From NCBI GenBank assembly GCA_048939995.1, contig JBHLOY010000002.1:369402-433401 (forward strand): a stretch of 64,000 nucleotides of DNA. The letters run 5' to 3'. This document shows positions 19,904 to 29,995 of this stretch, one piece after another (position 1 is the stretch's first letter; each line of letters begins with the position of its first letter). Position numbers and translations under genes: made by a program. The notes beneath the pieces are model-generated. The model had not been told where the DNA came from, did no database searches, and worked only from the letters and a program-made list of their open reading frames with translations. This DNA comes from Promethearchaeota archaeon (GTDB taxonomy: Archaea > Asgardarchaeota > Lokiarchaeia > Sigyniarchaeales > SOKP01).

Positions 19904-20052
19904 TAATCATCCACTATATTATTTATCAGAACAAAATTTTTAAATAAAATTATTAATCCGCTAGGATTTTAAATTATAAACAAAAATGGATTCAAGAAGC
20001 GGGTTAATTTAGTTAAAAAATTAGACAAAAATCTAAAAATTCAGATTAACCT

Positions 20053-22452
20053 TCAATTTTGTTTTAAAAATTTGAATAAACCTCCAATCAGTTGACCTGT
20101 ACTAATGCCAGCATCTCCGGGAGGAATATTATCATGTTCCAAGAAGGTATAACCTTTTTCTTCAATAAAATTCTTAATAGTATTTGAAAAAGAATAATTA
20201 TATGCTACTCCACCAGATAATCCAATTTTATCAACTTTATATTCTGAAGCAATCTTTACGGCCAATTCTGCAAATTTTTCTGCAAATTTTATTTGAAAAG
20301 CGGCAGCAATATCACTTGTTGAATTTAGTTTATTAAACTTTAATTTAATTATTTGTAAAATTAAATCAGAAGAATCAATTATATAAACCCCGTTCGTTTT
20401 AGTATATTTAATTTCAAGATCTATATTTTCTGCATTTCCTTGGCTTGCTAAACCCTCCAATCTCATAGCAGGTTCTCCTCTATAAGTTTTTATTGTTGAA
20501 GCTCCTAAAATATATGATACACAATCAAATATTCTACCAGCTGAACTTGTAAGTGGAATATTTTGACTAGGAAATTGGTTATTTACCTCTTTAAATTGAG
20601 AGATCATCGTTTCTAATTCTTGGTCCTTATATTCGAGATCATTCTTTAAATTTAGACCCTTAAAGAGATTAAAAGCTTCTTCAAGTTCTATTGTATTTAA
20701 TAGAATTGATGCCACCATTCTTGCGGGGTATTTTGTACAACGATCTGCTCCAATCATCGGCTGATATTGAAGATGCCCTAATCTTATATAATCAACGTAA
20801 TCACATAATAATATTTCACCGCCCCAAACGTTACCATCATCTCCATAACCAACACCATCAACACTTATTCCAACTATACGTTCACTTCTCTCCACTTCAT
20901 TCTCAGCCATTAATCCTAATATGTGAGCAAAGTGATGCTGAATATTATACAGCTGAACCTCATAAAGAGAAGCTAATTCTTTACCTAATCTAGTAGAGAC
21001 AAAAGCTGGGTGAACGTCACAACAAATAAAATCAATTTCAGAATCTTTTATCTGCAGCAAGTTTTTCATATGGAAGATAGCATCTTTTAAAAATTCATAT
21101 GTCTCTAAGTTTGTAGTATTTCCAATGTGTTGAGTGGGAAAAATTCGATTTCTCCGCAAGATAGCTCCTGTTGTTGTAAGTTCAGGGCCAGTTGCTATGG
21201 CTCCTTGGATCTCTACTTGAAATGGTAAGGGTAGATATTCTGGGACATACCCTCTTGATCTTCTAATTAATTTTATTTTATTATTATGAATTCTTAATAC
21301 ACTATCATCGGCCCTTTGAAAAATAGGGCGATTATGAAGCAAAAAGATATCTGCTAAATCCTGAAGTTGGTCAAATATTACCTCGTTATCTATTCCCATT
21401 GGAATATTTGATTTATTTCCACTAGTATAAACTAATGGTTTTTCACCTATATAATCAAACAATAAGTAATGTATTCCTGAATAGGGTAACATTACACCAA
21501 CATTATTTAAACCTGGAGCTACCTCCTCACTTATTCTAAAATTCTTAAAGAGGTTATTCCTCTCTAATAATACTATAGGTCTTCTAAATGACTCAAGAAG
21601 TTCTCTTTCTTCTTCTGAGATTTTGAATTCTTGTTCTATTGAATTAAGATTTGGTACCATTATAGCAAAAGGTTTATATTTCCGATCCCCCTTCCTGTTT
21701 CTAAGGTTTAATAAAATATCATCTTCAGTTAAACAGACGAGGTGAACACCTCCAATTCCTTTAATTGCCGCAATTCCACCTTCATTTATTCTGCCAGCAG
21801 TTTTAAGTAAAGTTTCTTCAATTGAATTTGTAGGTATTTTATTTTTATTTTTATCATACAATGCATAGTTAGGGCCACATACGGAACAGGCAAAGGTTTG
21901 AGCATGAAATCGCCGATTATAAAAGGACGTGTATTCTTTAATACATGATTGGGGCTCAGCAATTTGACAAAGTGGAAATTTATTCATGGTAGTTCTCTCC
22001 CTATCATAAGGTAAAGCTTGAACAGTCGTAAACCTTGGTCCGCAACTTGCACATGCTATGAAAGGATAATTGAAATACTTCTTTAAATCTTTATTTCTCA
22101 TATCTTTAATGCAGTCTGCACATGTCGCTATGTCTGGTGGAAGAGTTAAGCTAATTCCACGACCCTCTTCACTTTTAATGATTTTAAGGGTGTTATACTT
22201 AATATTCGTTTGAATTTCCTTGCTATTTAAGTTCTCAATGTAAGCTATAGCCGGTTTAGAGAGTTGGATTCTATTAACAAATAATTTAATTTTATCGGAA
22301 TTCCCTTGAATAACTAATCGAACTCCAGCATTTCCCCTATTTAAAATAATTCCATTAAGATCATAATCCTTTGCTAAGTTAAATAAAAAAGGACGGAAGC
22401 CTACTCCTTGAACAATTCCCGTTATATTGATCTCTACAGTTTTCTCGGTCAT
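20053..22452 (-). CDS. hypF: [NiFe]-hydrogenase maturation carbamoyltransferase HypF
   Basis: 799 aa: an acylphosphatase-like N-terminus (ITGIVQGVGFRPF), two CxxC zinc-finger pairs, and YrdC-like and Kae1-like domains. Confidence 0.95.
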   Translation of the reverse strand: MTEKTVEINITGIVQGVGFRPFLFNLAKDYDLNGIILNRGNAGVRLVIQGNSDKIKLFVNRIQLSKPAIAYIENLNSKEIQTNIKYNTLKIIKSEEGRGISLTLPPDIATCADCIKDMRNKDLKKYFNYPFIACASCGPRFTTVQALPYDRERTTMNKFPLCQIAEPQSCIKEYTSFYNRRFHAQTFACSVCGPNYALYDKNKNKIPTNSIEETLLKTAGRINEGGIAAIKGIGGVHLVCLTEDDILLNLRNRKGDRKYKPFAIMVPNLNSIEQEFKISEEERELLESFRRPIVLLERNNLFKNFRISEEVAPGLNNVGVMLPYSGIHYLLFDYIGEKPLVYTSGNKSNIPMGIDNEVIFDQLQDLADIFLLHNRPIFQRADDSVLRIHNNKIKLIRRSRGYVPEYLPLPFQVEIQGAIATGPELTTTGAILRRNRIFPTQHIGNTTNLETYEFLKDAIFHMKNLLQIKDSEIDFICCDVHPAFVSTRLGKELASLYEVQLYNIQHHFAHILGLMAENEVERSERIVGISVDGVGYGDDGNVWGGEILLCDYVDYIRLGHLQYQPMIGADRCTKYPARMVASILLNTIELEEAFNLFKGLNLKNDLEYKDQELETMISQFKEVNNQFPSQNIPLTSSAGRIFDCVSYILGASTIKTYRGEPAMRLEGLASQGNAENIDLEIKYTKTNGVYIIDSSDLILQIIKLKFNKLNSTSDIAAAFQIKFAEKFAELAVKIASEYKVDKIGLSGGVAYNYSFSNTIKNFIEEKGYTFLEHDNIPPGDAGISTGQLIGGLFKFLKQN

Positions 22453-22475
22453 CCGACTAGTTTATTCTCCAAAAC

Positions 22476-23570
22476 TTATTCTTGATAATATTTATAATAA
22501 ATTGAGCAAGTACCTTCGCTAGAGACCATACAAGGTCCTACTGGATAGAGAGGAGTGCATTCCTTTCTAAAGAGTTTGCATTCATAAGGAGAAAGTTTAC
22601 CAACCATTACTAAATGACAAGAGCAACCTGGAGGAATGTCTTGAGACTTCTTTATTTTGATATCGAACTTCTTATCTGCATTATACTCCTCAAATTTATC
22701 TCGAATGACTAATCCTCCATCAAGAACCCTCCCAATTCCTCGCCAAGGAGATGAAACTGATTCAAAGACTTCCTTAATAATCTTCTGAGCGACTAGATTT
22801 CCTTCAGGTTTCACAACCCTGGAGTATTCATTAAGTGTTGCATAATTTTTCTCTTCTATCTGTTTTAACAACATTAAAATAGCTAATAAAACATCATTTG
22901 GTTCGAATCCAGCAATAACATTTGGTACTTTATATGCATCAGAAAAAATTTTAAAGGGCTGCAAGCCGATAATCGTGGAAACATGTCCAGGAGATATAAA
23001 ACCATCTATATTTAGTTTAGATTGACTAATTAATAGCTCTAAAGCAGCAGGAATCAACTTATGGGCACAGATCACTGAAAAATTTGAAGGGGGTTTAGCT
23101 TGTATTTCATATCCAGTTAAAGGAACCGTCGTTTCAAACCCAATAGCAAAGAATACAATTTCTTTATTCGGATTATTTTGTGCTATTTTAACCGCATCAT
23201 GTGGTCCATAAATAATACGCACATCTGCTCCTTGAGATTTTAATTCAGCTAGAGAAATATTAGTAGCAGGTACTCTAATCATATCTCCAAAAGTGGTAAT
23301 AATAACCTCATCTCTTTTACCTAATTCAATAGCTTTATCGATATCTGCTGCTGGACAAACACAAACTGGACATCCAGGACCAGAAACTACTTCAATTTCC
23401 TTAGGTAGTAGTGTTCTTAAACCATATTTAGAGATAGTATGTTCGTGTGTGCCGCACACATGCATTATCTTGACATTTCTGTCCAAAGCATCACATATTT
23501 TTTTAATAGAACTGACAAGCTTCTCGGCAAATACATTGCTTTTTAAAAATTTCGTTCCAGGAATTTCCAT
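22476..23570 (-). CDS. hypD: Hydrogenase maturation protein HypD
   Basis: Contains HVCGTHEH, GPGCPVCV, and PGHVS plus C-terminal Cys motifs. Confidence 0.95.
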   Translation of the reverse strand: MEIPGTKFLKSNVFAEKLVSSIKKICDALDRNVKIMHVCGTHEHTISKYGLRTLLPKEIEVVSGPGCPVCVCPAADIDKAIELGKRDEVIITTFGDMIRVPATNISLAELKSQGADVRIIYGPHDAVKIAQNNPNKEIVFFAIGFETTVPLTGYEIQAKPPSNFSVICAHKLIPAALELLISQSKLNIDGFISPGHVSTIIGLQPFKIFSDAYKVPNVIAGFEPNDVLLAILMLLKQIEEKNYATLNEYSRVVKPEGNLVAQKIIKEVFESVSSPWRGIGRVLDGGLVIRDKFEEYNADKKFDIKIKKSQDIPPGCSCHLVMVGKLSPYECKLFRKECTPLYPVGPCMVSSEGTCSIYYKYYQE

Positions 23571-23604
23571 AATTATAATTAAAATAATTAATTAAACATT
23601 TTAT

Positions 23605-24657
23605 TCAACAAATCCGAGGAATCACTTCACCTACTGGCATTTCGATGAATCTAGTTCCTCCAACTAATGTTTTGAGTAAAACTTTCTTATTATTTTCAGC
23701 TATTACCTCTCCAATAATATTTGCATCTTTTCCAATTTTTGTAGATTTTATTTTTTGAAGAATATTTTCTGCTTGATTAGGATCAACAGATAATAAAGCT
23801 CTACCTTCAGATGCAATATTGAAAGGGTCCAATCCAAGCATTTCGCATACAGCAAATACTTGCTTTTTAATTGGAATGCTATCTTCATCTAACATAATAC
23901 CGATGTTGGATTTCATAGCCCAATCATTCAAAGCAGCAGCTATTCCACCTCTGGTTGGATCTTTCATCGCATGAATATAGTTGTTATTTATATCTGGTTT
24001 TAAGACATCGTAAACCTCTAATAAGGTATTAACATCTGATTCTAAATCTGAAGAAATATTTAGGCCTTCTCGACTTGAGATTAATGCAGTTCCGTGATCT
24101 CCAATTGAACCAGTTATAATAATTTTATCTTTTGGCTGCAAATTATTATCCAAAATTTTAATATGTTTGGCTTTAATTCCTATTCCCGTAATAGCCATAA
24201 TTAATTCATTTAATGTACCACGGGGCATAATTTTTGTATCTCCCGCTATAATAGCGATATTAGCTTCTCTTGCTTTATAATTAAATGAATTGATAATCTT
24301 TTCTAATAAATCGAATTTTAGCCCTTCCTCGATTATAATGATAGAAGTAATGGCTAGAGGCTGGGCACCCATCATTAATAAATCATTAACAGTGCCACAA
24401 ACACTTAAAATTCCTAAATTACCGCCAGGAAAAAATAGAGGGTACACAGTGTAACCGTCTGAGGTTACTACAATTTCTTTATCGTAATCCTCTAATGGAA
24501 TCGTAGCTCCGTCATCTAGCTCCTCCACTCCTATTCCTTTATTAACATTTTTATAGGTTATGTTATTAGTAATAAAATTAATTAACTCTTCTTGAAGTAA
24601 ACCTCCGGATCCATGAGCAAGACGAATGACACTGGAGCTTACTTTTTTCATACTCAT
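23605..24657 (-). CDS. hypE: Hydrogenase maturation protein HypE
   Basis: PurM/AIR-synthase-like fold with the conserved C-terminal ..PRIC. Confidence 0.95.
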   Translation of the reverse strand: MSMKKVSSSVIRLAHGSGGLLQEELINFITNNITYKNVNKGIGVEELDDGATIPLEDYDKEIVVTSDGYTVYPLFFPGGNLGILSVCGTVNDLLMMGAQPLAITSIIIIEEGLKFDLLEKIINSFNYKAREANIAIIAGDTKIMPRGTLNELIMAITGIGIKAKHIKILDNNLQPKDKIIITGSIGDHGTALISSREGLNISSDLESDVNTLLEVYDVLKPDINNNYIHAMKDPTRGGIAAALNDWAMKSNIGIMLDEDSIPIKKQVFAVCEMLGLDPFNIASEGRALLSVDPNQAENILQKIKSTKIGKDANIIGEVIAENNKKVLLKTLVGGTRFIEMPVGEVIPRIC

Positions 24658-24828
24658 AATTGAACTTAAGAAGCAAAAATTATAAGAATTTAGATTTTAA
24701 TTAATAGCTTTTCGTGAAGTTTGACCTCTCACTAAAAATAAATAAAAGCAAAAAATCAAAATGGATATCTTTCTATAATATTATAGTAAAAACTCTAAAA
24801 TCTAAGTTTGGATTATAAGAAAAAAAGA

Positions 24829-26004
24829 TTAAATACCTTCCTTAATAATTGGTTTTCTATCAAGGAAGAAGAGAGTTATTACAGTAGATAATGGAATTAA
24901 GATCCCTAAAATTAGCATAGCTTTGGTACCCCAAAAGCTAAAAATTAATCCTGATATGGGGGCTCCTATCGCAATCCCAGTAACAATAATTGCATAAAAA
25001 GTTCCAGTTGCTATCCCACGAATTCCTTCCTCTGTGTGATTCCTAATAATTCCTGCTGAGGTGGGAAATATCATTCCATGTCCAATCCCAAAAATAATCA
25101 TTCCAAATATCGGGATTGGGATTAAAATTGAAATTGTTAATATGGTAAAGCTAAGTGAGACCAAAATTAAACCTATACTCATTATTTTCAACTTTCCCTT
25201 CTTATCGCTTAATAAACCTGAAGGATAGTGAATAATAATAGAAATAAATACTAATATGCTGAAAATAATTCCAATTTGACTGTCTGAATAGCTAGCTTCT
25301 TTCAAAAGAACAGAATATGTTGCTGTAATAATACCCAAATTAAAATTCAGTGCCATAATGCTTAAATATGAGGGTAGAATCTTCTTTGAAATAATAATAC
25401 TTTTTAATATTTCAAATTCTTTTTTAAAGCTAAATTTTTCTTTAATAGGATGATAGATTGGGGGCAAGAAAAGTGAAAAGGTAGCCATAAAAAACAATAG
25501 AATTGAAACAAGAAGAAATAAATTTTTGTATCCAACCCCTGTAGCCCCTATTCCCCCAATCATGAATCCTAGTAAGAGAGCGATACCAAATGAGATTCCA
25601 TATAATGCCATTCCTCTCCCACTCTTTTCTTTTGGAGTTGCATCTGAAAAGTACGCCATTGTTCCTGGTCCTCCAAGTCCTCCTCCTAAGCCATGGATCA
25701 ATCTTGCAAAAAGTAAAAAGAAAGGATTTGTTGCAAAGGAATAAAGTAATATCGAAAAACCATCTAAGATTATTCCTATAGATATTAATAACTTTCTGCC
25801 TAATTTATCAACCAATCTCCCAGAAATTATGTTAGATGGAATGTGAACCATTGAATAGGCTCCAACAATAATAGATGCAAAAAAAACCGATGCACCTAAG
25901 CTAATTGCATAATTAGAGATTATAGGAATGACAACGGTACTGTCAAAATTAACTATAAAGGTTAAACTCAAAACAAGAATATAATGATGTTTGCTAAGTT
26001 TCAA
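24829..26004 (-). CDS. MFS transporter
   Basis: 12-TM architecture with a GRLVDKLGRK loop motif. Confidence 0.8.
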   Translation of the reverse strand: MKLSKHHYILVLSLTFIVNFDSTVVIPIISNYAISLGASVFFASIIVGAYSMVHIPSNIISGRLVDKLGRKLLISIGIILDGFSILLYSFATNPFFLLFARLIHGLGGGLGGPGTMAYFSDATPKEKSGRGMALYGISFGIALLLGFMIGGIGATGVGYKNLFLLVSILLFFMATFSLFLPPIYHPIKEKFSFKKEFEILKSIIISKKILPSYLSIMALNFNLGIITATYSVLLKEASYSDSQIGIIFSILVFISIIIHYPSGLLSDKKGKLKIMSIGLILVSLSFTILTISILIPIPIFGMIIFGIGHGMIFPTSAGIIRNHTEEGIRGIATGTFYAIIVTGIAIGAPISGLIFSFWGTKAMLILGILIPLSTVITLFFLDRKPIIKEGI

Positions 26005-26098
26005 TGTTATGTTCTTTTAACAAAGTTTATGAAATATAATCATAAAGTCCTTTTAAAATCATTTCCTATACATTTTAAGAATTTTAGAAAAAAAAAAA

Positions 26099-26443
26099 AT
26101 GATTTTAATTATGATTTCACCTAATAAGCATTCTGAAAGAGAAAGGTTTACTGTCCAGACAATGATAAAAATGTATTGTAAAAAATTTCATGATCATAAT
26201 AGTGAATTTTGTGTTGAATGTTCTGAACTTCTTGAATATGCTGAAGAAAGGTTAAAGTATTGTCAATTTGGTAAAGATAAACCAACTTGTAGGAAATGTC
26301 CTATTCATTGTTATAAACCCCTCATGAGAGAAAAGATACAAAAAGTCATGCGATATTCTGGTCCTCGCATGATATATTCACATCCATTAATGGGAATTCG
26401 CTATCTTTTTAAAAAATTTAAGCATATTGAAGAACTAGATTAG
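26099..26443 (+). CDS. Nitrous oxide-stimulated promoter (YgbA_NO) family Cys-rich protein
   Basis: Shows the pattern MYCKKFH..FCVECSELLEYAEERLKYCQFGKDKPTCRKCPIHCYKP typical of that family. Confidence 0.7.
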   Translation: MILIMISPNKHSERERFTVQTMIKMYCKKFHDHNSEFCVECSELLEYAEERLKYCQFGKDKPTCRKCPIHCYKPLMREKIQKVMRYSGPRMIYSHPLMGIRYLFKKFKHIEELD

Positions 26444-27822
26444 CTGTTATCTTTATAGTTTTTATGACCTAAAATACTGTCAGCAAAAGTGAATCTATTG
26501 AATAATCCGACTGGATCCTTAATAAATTTTAAAATTTCTTCAGGATCACGCTCAGAAAATAAGGACCCTAATGTGCTTATGAATTTTATACCTTGATCAT
26601 CAACACCAACTGGAGGTCCATAACATCCCAAACAAGGGGCATTTCCTTTATTAGGACAGATAGTGCCACATCCTGCTTGAGTAACTAAACCTAAACATAT
26701 ATAACCTTGCTCTAAGAAACACTTATCTGTTGTAGGTAATCCTTCATAATCTCTTTTTAAGTTAGTAGGAACTTTATCAACTATAATTCGATCGCAATGG
26801 CTACAAACTGTTTTAGAGCTAAATTTGAAATTGGGATCATTTTTCAGTTGAAGAATTATCGAGCTAATTATATTATCGTTTATTTCAATTCCCGTTGGTC
26901 TTAAATCTAATTCTTTGTTTTCCCCACTCTCTATTTCATTAAAGCTTTCAGGTTCATATGCCAAACGTTGCACTAAATCATCATAAAAGTAGAAATTTGT
27001 GATACTAGCGGATCCTAAATACAATATCAGGAAGTGCAGAAAGTTTGTTCGTGTTTCCTCATTCAATTGATCTAAACTCATAATTAATTCTAGTAGATTC
27101 TCTGCTTTCTCTCCGGGAATTTTTGTATGTCTAAAGCAACCGAAACAAATCTCACCTTTATTTGGGCACATTAATTTGCATCCTCCGGCAGTAATCGATC
27201 CATAACATAATGTACTATTATCTAAAAAGCATCCATTATTAAACAAATCGCAATTGTCGCAGACACATCTACTTTGATTTTGTTGATTAGAACGGTCTCT
27301 AATAAAAGATTTTAAGTGCAACATTGTTGCAACAATATTTTCAGTTTTTGGGGGGCAACCTGGGACAAATATGTCCACATGAATAAGATCTTTAACGTTA
27401 TAAACATATTTCTCAATATTTGGTAAATCATTATTTTTTACATGAATTTGTTCTTCTATTGATGCTTTATTTCTTAGAAGCTCGTTTTTTTCCAAATCAT
27501 CTTTATCAATTAGATTGGCTAATCCGGGAATGCTTCCATAACATGCACAAGCTCCTAGAGATACTATAATATCACTCATTTCTCTTAATGTCTTGACATT
27601 AGCAGTATCTTGTTCCGTCCTTATAATTCCCTCTATAATTCCAACCTTAAAATTTCCATTCTCTTTAATATTATTTTGAGCATTGTTTCCCGGCCAAAAA
27701 ATGAAATCTATCTCAGGAAGAATAGGTAATAACTCAAAGTGTGCATTTAAGAGACTCTGATGACAACCCCAGCAAGAACTAAGCTGTAGATAATATACAG
27801 ATAAAGCCATTTTTAAAAACAA
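26440..27822 (-). CDS. Group 3 [NiFe]-hydrogenase small-subunit paralog (MvhG/FrhG-like) with extended Cys-rich C-terminal half; no adjacent large subunit
   Basis: Proximal-cluster ligands CWGC, GACACYG and PGCPP, followed by two Cys-rich modules. It is colinear with 49575..50888. Confidence 0.75.
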   Translation of the reverse strand: MFLKMALSVYYLQLSSCWGCHQSLLNAHFELLPILPEIDFIFWPGNNAQNNIKENGNFKVGIIEGIIRTEQDTANVKTLREMSDIIVSLGACACYGSIPGLANLIDKDDLEKNELLRNKASIEEQIHVKNNDLPNIEKYVYNVKDLIHVDIFVPGCPPKTENIVATMLHLKSFIRDRSNQQNQSRCVCDNCDLFNNGCFLDNSTLCYGSITAGGCKLMCPNKGEICFGCFRHTKIPGEKAENLLELIMSLDQLNEETRTNFLHFLILYLGSASITNFYFYDDLVQRLAYEPESFNEIESGENKELDLRPTGIEINDNIISSIILQLKNDPNFKFSSKTVCSHCDRIIVDKVPTNLKRDYEGLPTTDKCFLEQGYICLGLVTQAGCGTICPNKGNAPCLGCYGPPVGVDDQGIKFISTLGSLFSERDPEEILKFIKDPVGLFNRFTFADSILGHKNYKDNS

Positions 27823-28005
27823 CTATTCGTAATATTTAGCTAAATAATATAATTAAATTAGAAAAGAGTAAAATTAAAAACAGATGGTTATAAAAAAAAA
27901 GAATCTACTTATAGTAAATAGTGCTTCTTTATTTTTATATATAACTTATATTGAATCGATCCCTAAAATTGGCTAACAGTTTTATCCTGAAATTGTAGAA
28001 AGTAA

Positions 28006-28019
28006 GTGATTTAAATCAC
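28006..28019. promoter_or_regulatory. Perfect 14-bp palindrome GTGATTTAAATCAC in the divergent intergenic region
   Basis: Read directly from the sequence. It lies between the small-subunit paralog start (27822) and hdrC (28428). Confidence 0.3.
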
Positions 28020-28209
28020 AATTAAAGGCAGTTGAATCTATTGAAATATAATTAAAATATAATTAATAAAAGTTATCAATATAATACCTATAGTTTGAAT
28101 CCTTAACTAAACTCCTAATCGTAATTCTTATATGAAAACGGCTTTTTTTATGAGATTGATTTAAAGAGCTAAGGTGAACAATCTTTCGATTTTTTGTTAT
28201 ATAAAGTAA

Positions 28210-28280
28210 GTTTAAAATTTCAACTAATTTCAGAAAATTGTTTAAAATTAAGATATTATGATATTGAGCAGTTTAAATTT
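28210..28280 (+). promoter_or_regulatory. Three GTTTAAA(A)TT boxes at 28210, 28240 and 28271 upstream of hdrC
   Basis: Spacing is 30 and 31 bp. Boxes 2 and 3 plus their flanks match 33280/33311 and 42208/42239. Confidence 0.45.
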
Positions 28281-28427
28281 CCCAATCCTATAATAACTAA
28301 AAGAAAAACTTAAATATAAGGAAAAGGTCTATTTTAGCAGACGTGAATAAAGTTAAGTCTATTCTATCTTTTCTAAATTGTTATCTTATCTAAAAAGTTT
28401 GTTAATCAGAAGGAGAATAAAAAATTA

Positions 28428-29024
28428 TTGGAGAAGAGTACAAAAATGATCGAATCTGAACCAGAAATTATTAAAGTTTTCACAGAAGATTTAGCTGATT
28501 CCTTAAAGAATGCAGGATATCCCCAGATTGATGCATGTATTCAATGTGGAACTTGTTCTGGAGGATGTCCATCAGGAAGAAGGACAGCACTAAAAGTTAG
28601 GACAATCATAAGAAAAGTCCAATTAGGAATTGAAGAAATTCTTAACACCAATGATATTTGGTATTGTTCAACTTGTTATACTTGCCTTGAAAGATGTCCC
28701 CGTAAATTACCTATAACAGATATGCTTATTTATTTGAGAAATCTGGCAGTTCAGAAAGGTTTCATACTTGAGAGTCATCTTGATTTATGTAAGAAACTTT
28801 ATAATTCAGGTCATGGAGTTCCTATAGACGATGATAAATGGAAAAAGTTAAGAAAAGCTTACGGTTTAAAACAAATTCCACCAACTGTCCACTCTAATCA
28901 AAAAGATCTAGAAGAAATCCAAATACTTCTCCATAGTGCTAAATTTGATGAATTAGTAAATCTCAAGTCTGAAAAAGATGAGGAGAACGAAGAAGAAAGA
29001 TATTATATTACTAATACCATGTAA
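28428..29024 (+). CDS. hdrC: Heterodisulfide reductase subunit C
   Basis: Two 4Fe-4S motifs (CIQCGTCSGGCP and CSTCYTCLERCP), directly upstream of hdrB. The true start may be the ATG at 28446. Confidence 0.85.
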   Translation: MEKSTKMIESEPEIIKVFTEDLADSLKNAGYPQIDACIQCGTCSGGCPSGRRTALKVRTIIRKVQLGIEEILNTNDIWYCSTCYTCLERCPRKLPITDMLIYLRNLAVQKGFILESHLDLCKKLYNSGHGVPIDDDKWKKLRKAYGLKQIPPTVHSNQKDLEEIQILLHSAKFDELVNLKSEKDEENEEERYYITNTM

Positions 29025-29038
29025 AAGGTCATATAAGG

Positions 29039-29995
29039 ATGGGGGTAAATCGAAAATATTCACTTTTCCTTGGATGTGTTATTCCAAATCGATATCCCTT
29101 TATTGAATTAGCGACTCGTAAAGTATTTCAAAAATTGGGTATCGAATTTGTTGAAATGGATGGGGCATCTTGTTGTCCAGCTCCGGGGGTATTTCGTGGA
29201 TTTGATATAGATACTTGGTTAATTGTTGGAGCTAGAAATTTAACTATTGCTGAACAAAACAAACTTGACCTCGCTACGATGTGTAATGGTTGCTACGGAA
29301 GTCTACTTGAGGTGAATCACCAATTAAAAACTAATAAACAAAAATTAGAGATGGTTAACGAACATCTTGCTAAAATTAATCGAGAATATCACGGAAGTGT
29401 AAATGTAAAACATATCATCGAAATTCTTTATAAGGATATAGGAATTGAAAAATTAAAGAATAGAGTTAAATATGGTCGTAAGAAAGCATTAGACTTAAAC
29501 GTGGCAGTCCATTATGGTTGTCATATTCAAAAACCAGCTAGTATTCGACCATGGGGTAATGAAACAGAAAAACCGCGATTTTTAGACGAATTAGTAGAAA
29601 TTACAGGTTGTAGAAGTATAGATTATAGAGATAAAAATATGTGTTGTGGTGCAGCTGGAGCTGTCAGAAGTGCCTTTAAAGAAGTTTCATTAGATTTTAC
29701 TAGGGAGAAGTTAGAAAACATGAGGGCAGCTGGAGCAGAAGTTATCGTTACTGCTTGCCCTTTTTGTCATCTCCAATTCGATTTAGGTCAAATTGAAATT
29801 AATAATATATTTAAAGAAAAGATCGAAGCTCCTTTTAATATTCCTGTTATTTACTATACACAATTATTAGGTCTCGCGTTAGGTTTAAACCCTGAAGATG
29901 TTGGATTAGTAAGGGATATAGAATTGAAAGGAGTACCTCCATTCACATCGATTAAACCATTTTTAGAAAGAGTGAGTGATGAAGTTGAAGGATGA
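29039..29995 (+). CDS. hdrB: Heterodisulfide reductase subunit B
   Basis: Two CCG domains (ASCCPAPG, MCCGAAG, CPFCH). Confidence 0.9.
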   Translation: MGVNRKYSLFLGCVIPNRYPFIELATRKVFQKLGIEFVEMDGASCCPAPGVFRGFDIDTWLIVGARNLTIAEQNKLDLATMCNGCYGSLLEVNHQLKTNKQKLEMVNEHLAKINREYHGSVNVKHIIEILYKDIGIEKLKNRVKYGRKKALDLNVAVHYGCHIQKPASIRPWGNETEKPRFLDELVEITGCRSIDYRDKNMCCGAAGAVRSAFKEVSLDFTREKLENMRAAGAEVIVTACPFCHLQFDLGQIEINNIFKEKIEAPFNIPVIYYTQLLGLALGLNPEDVGLVRDIELKGVPPFTSIKPFLERVSDEVEG

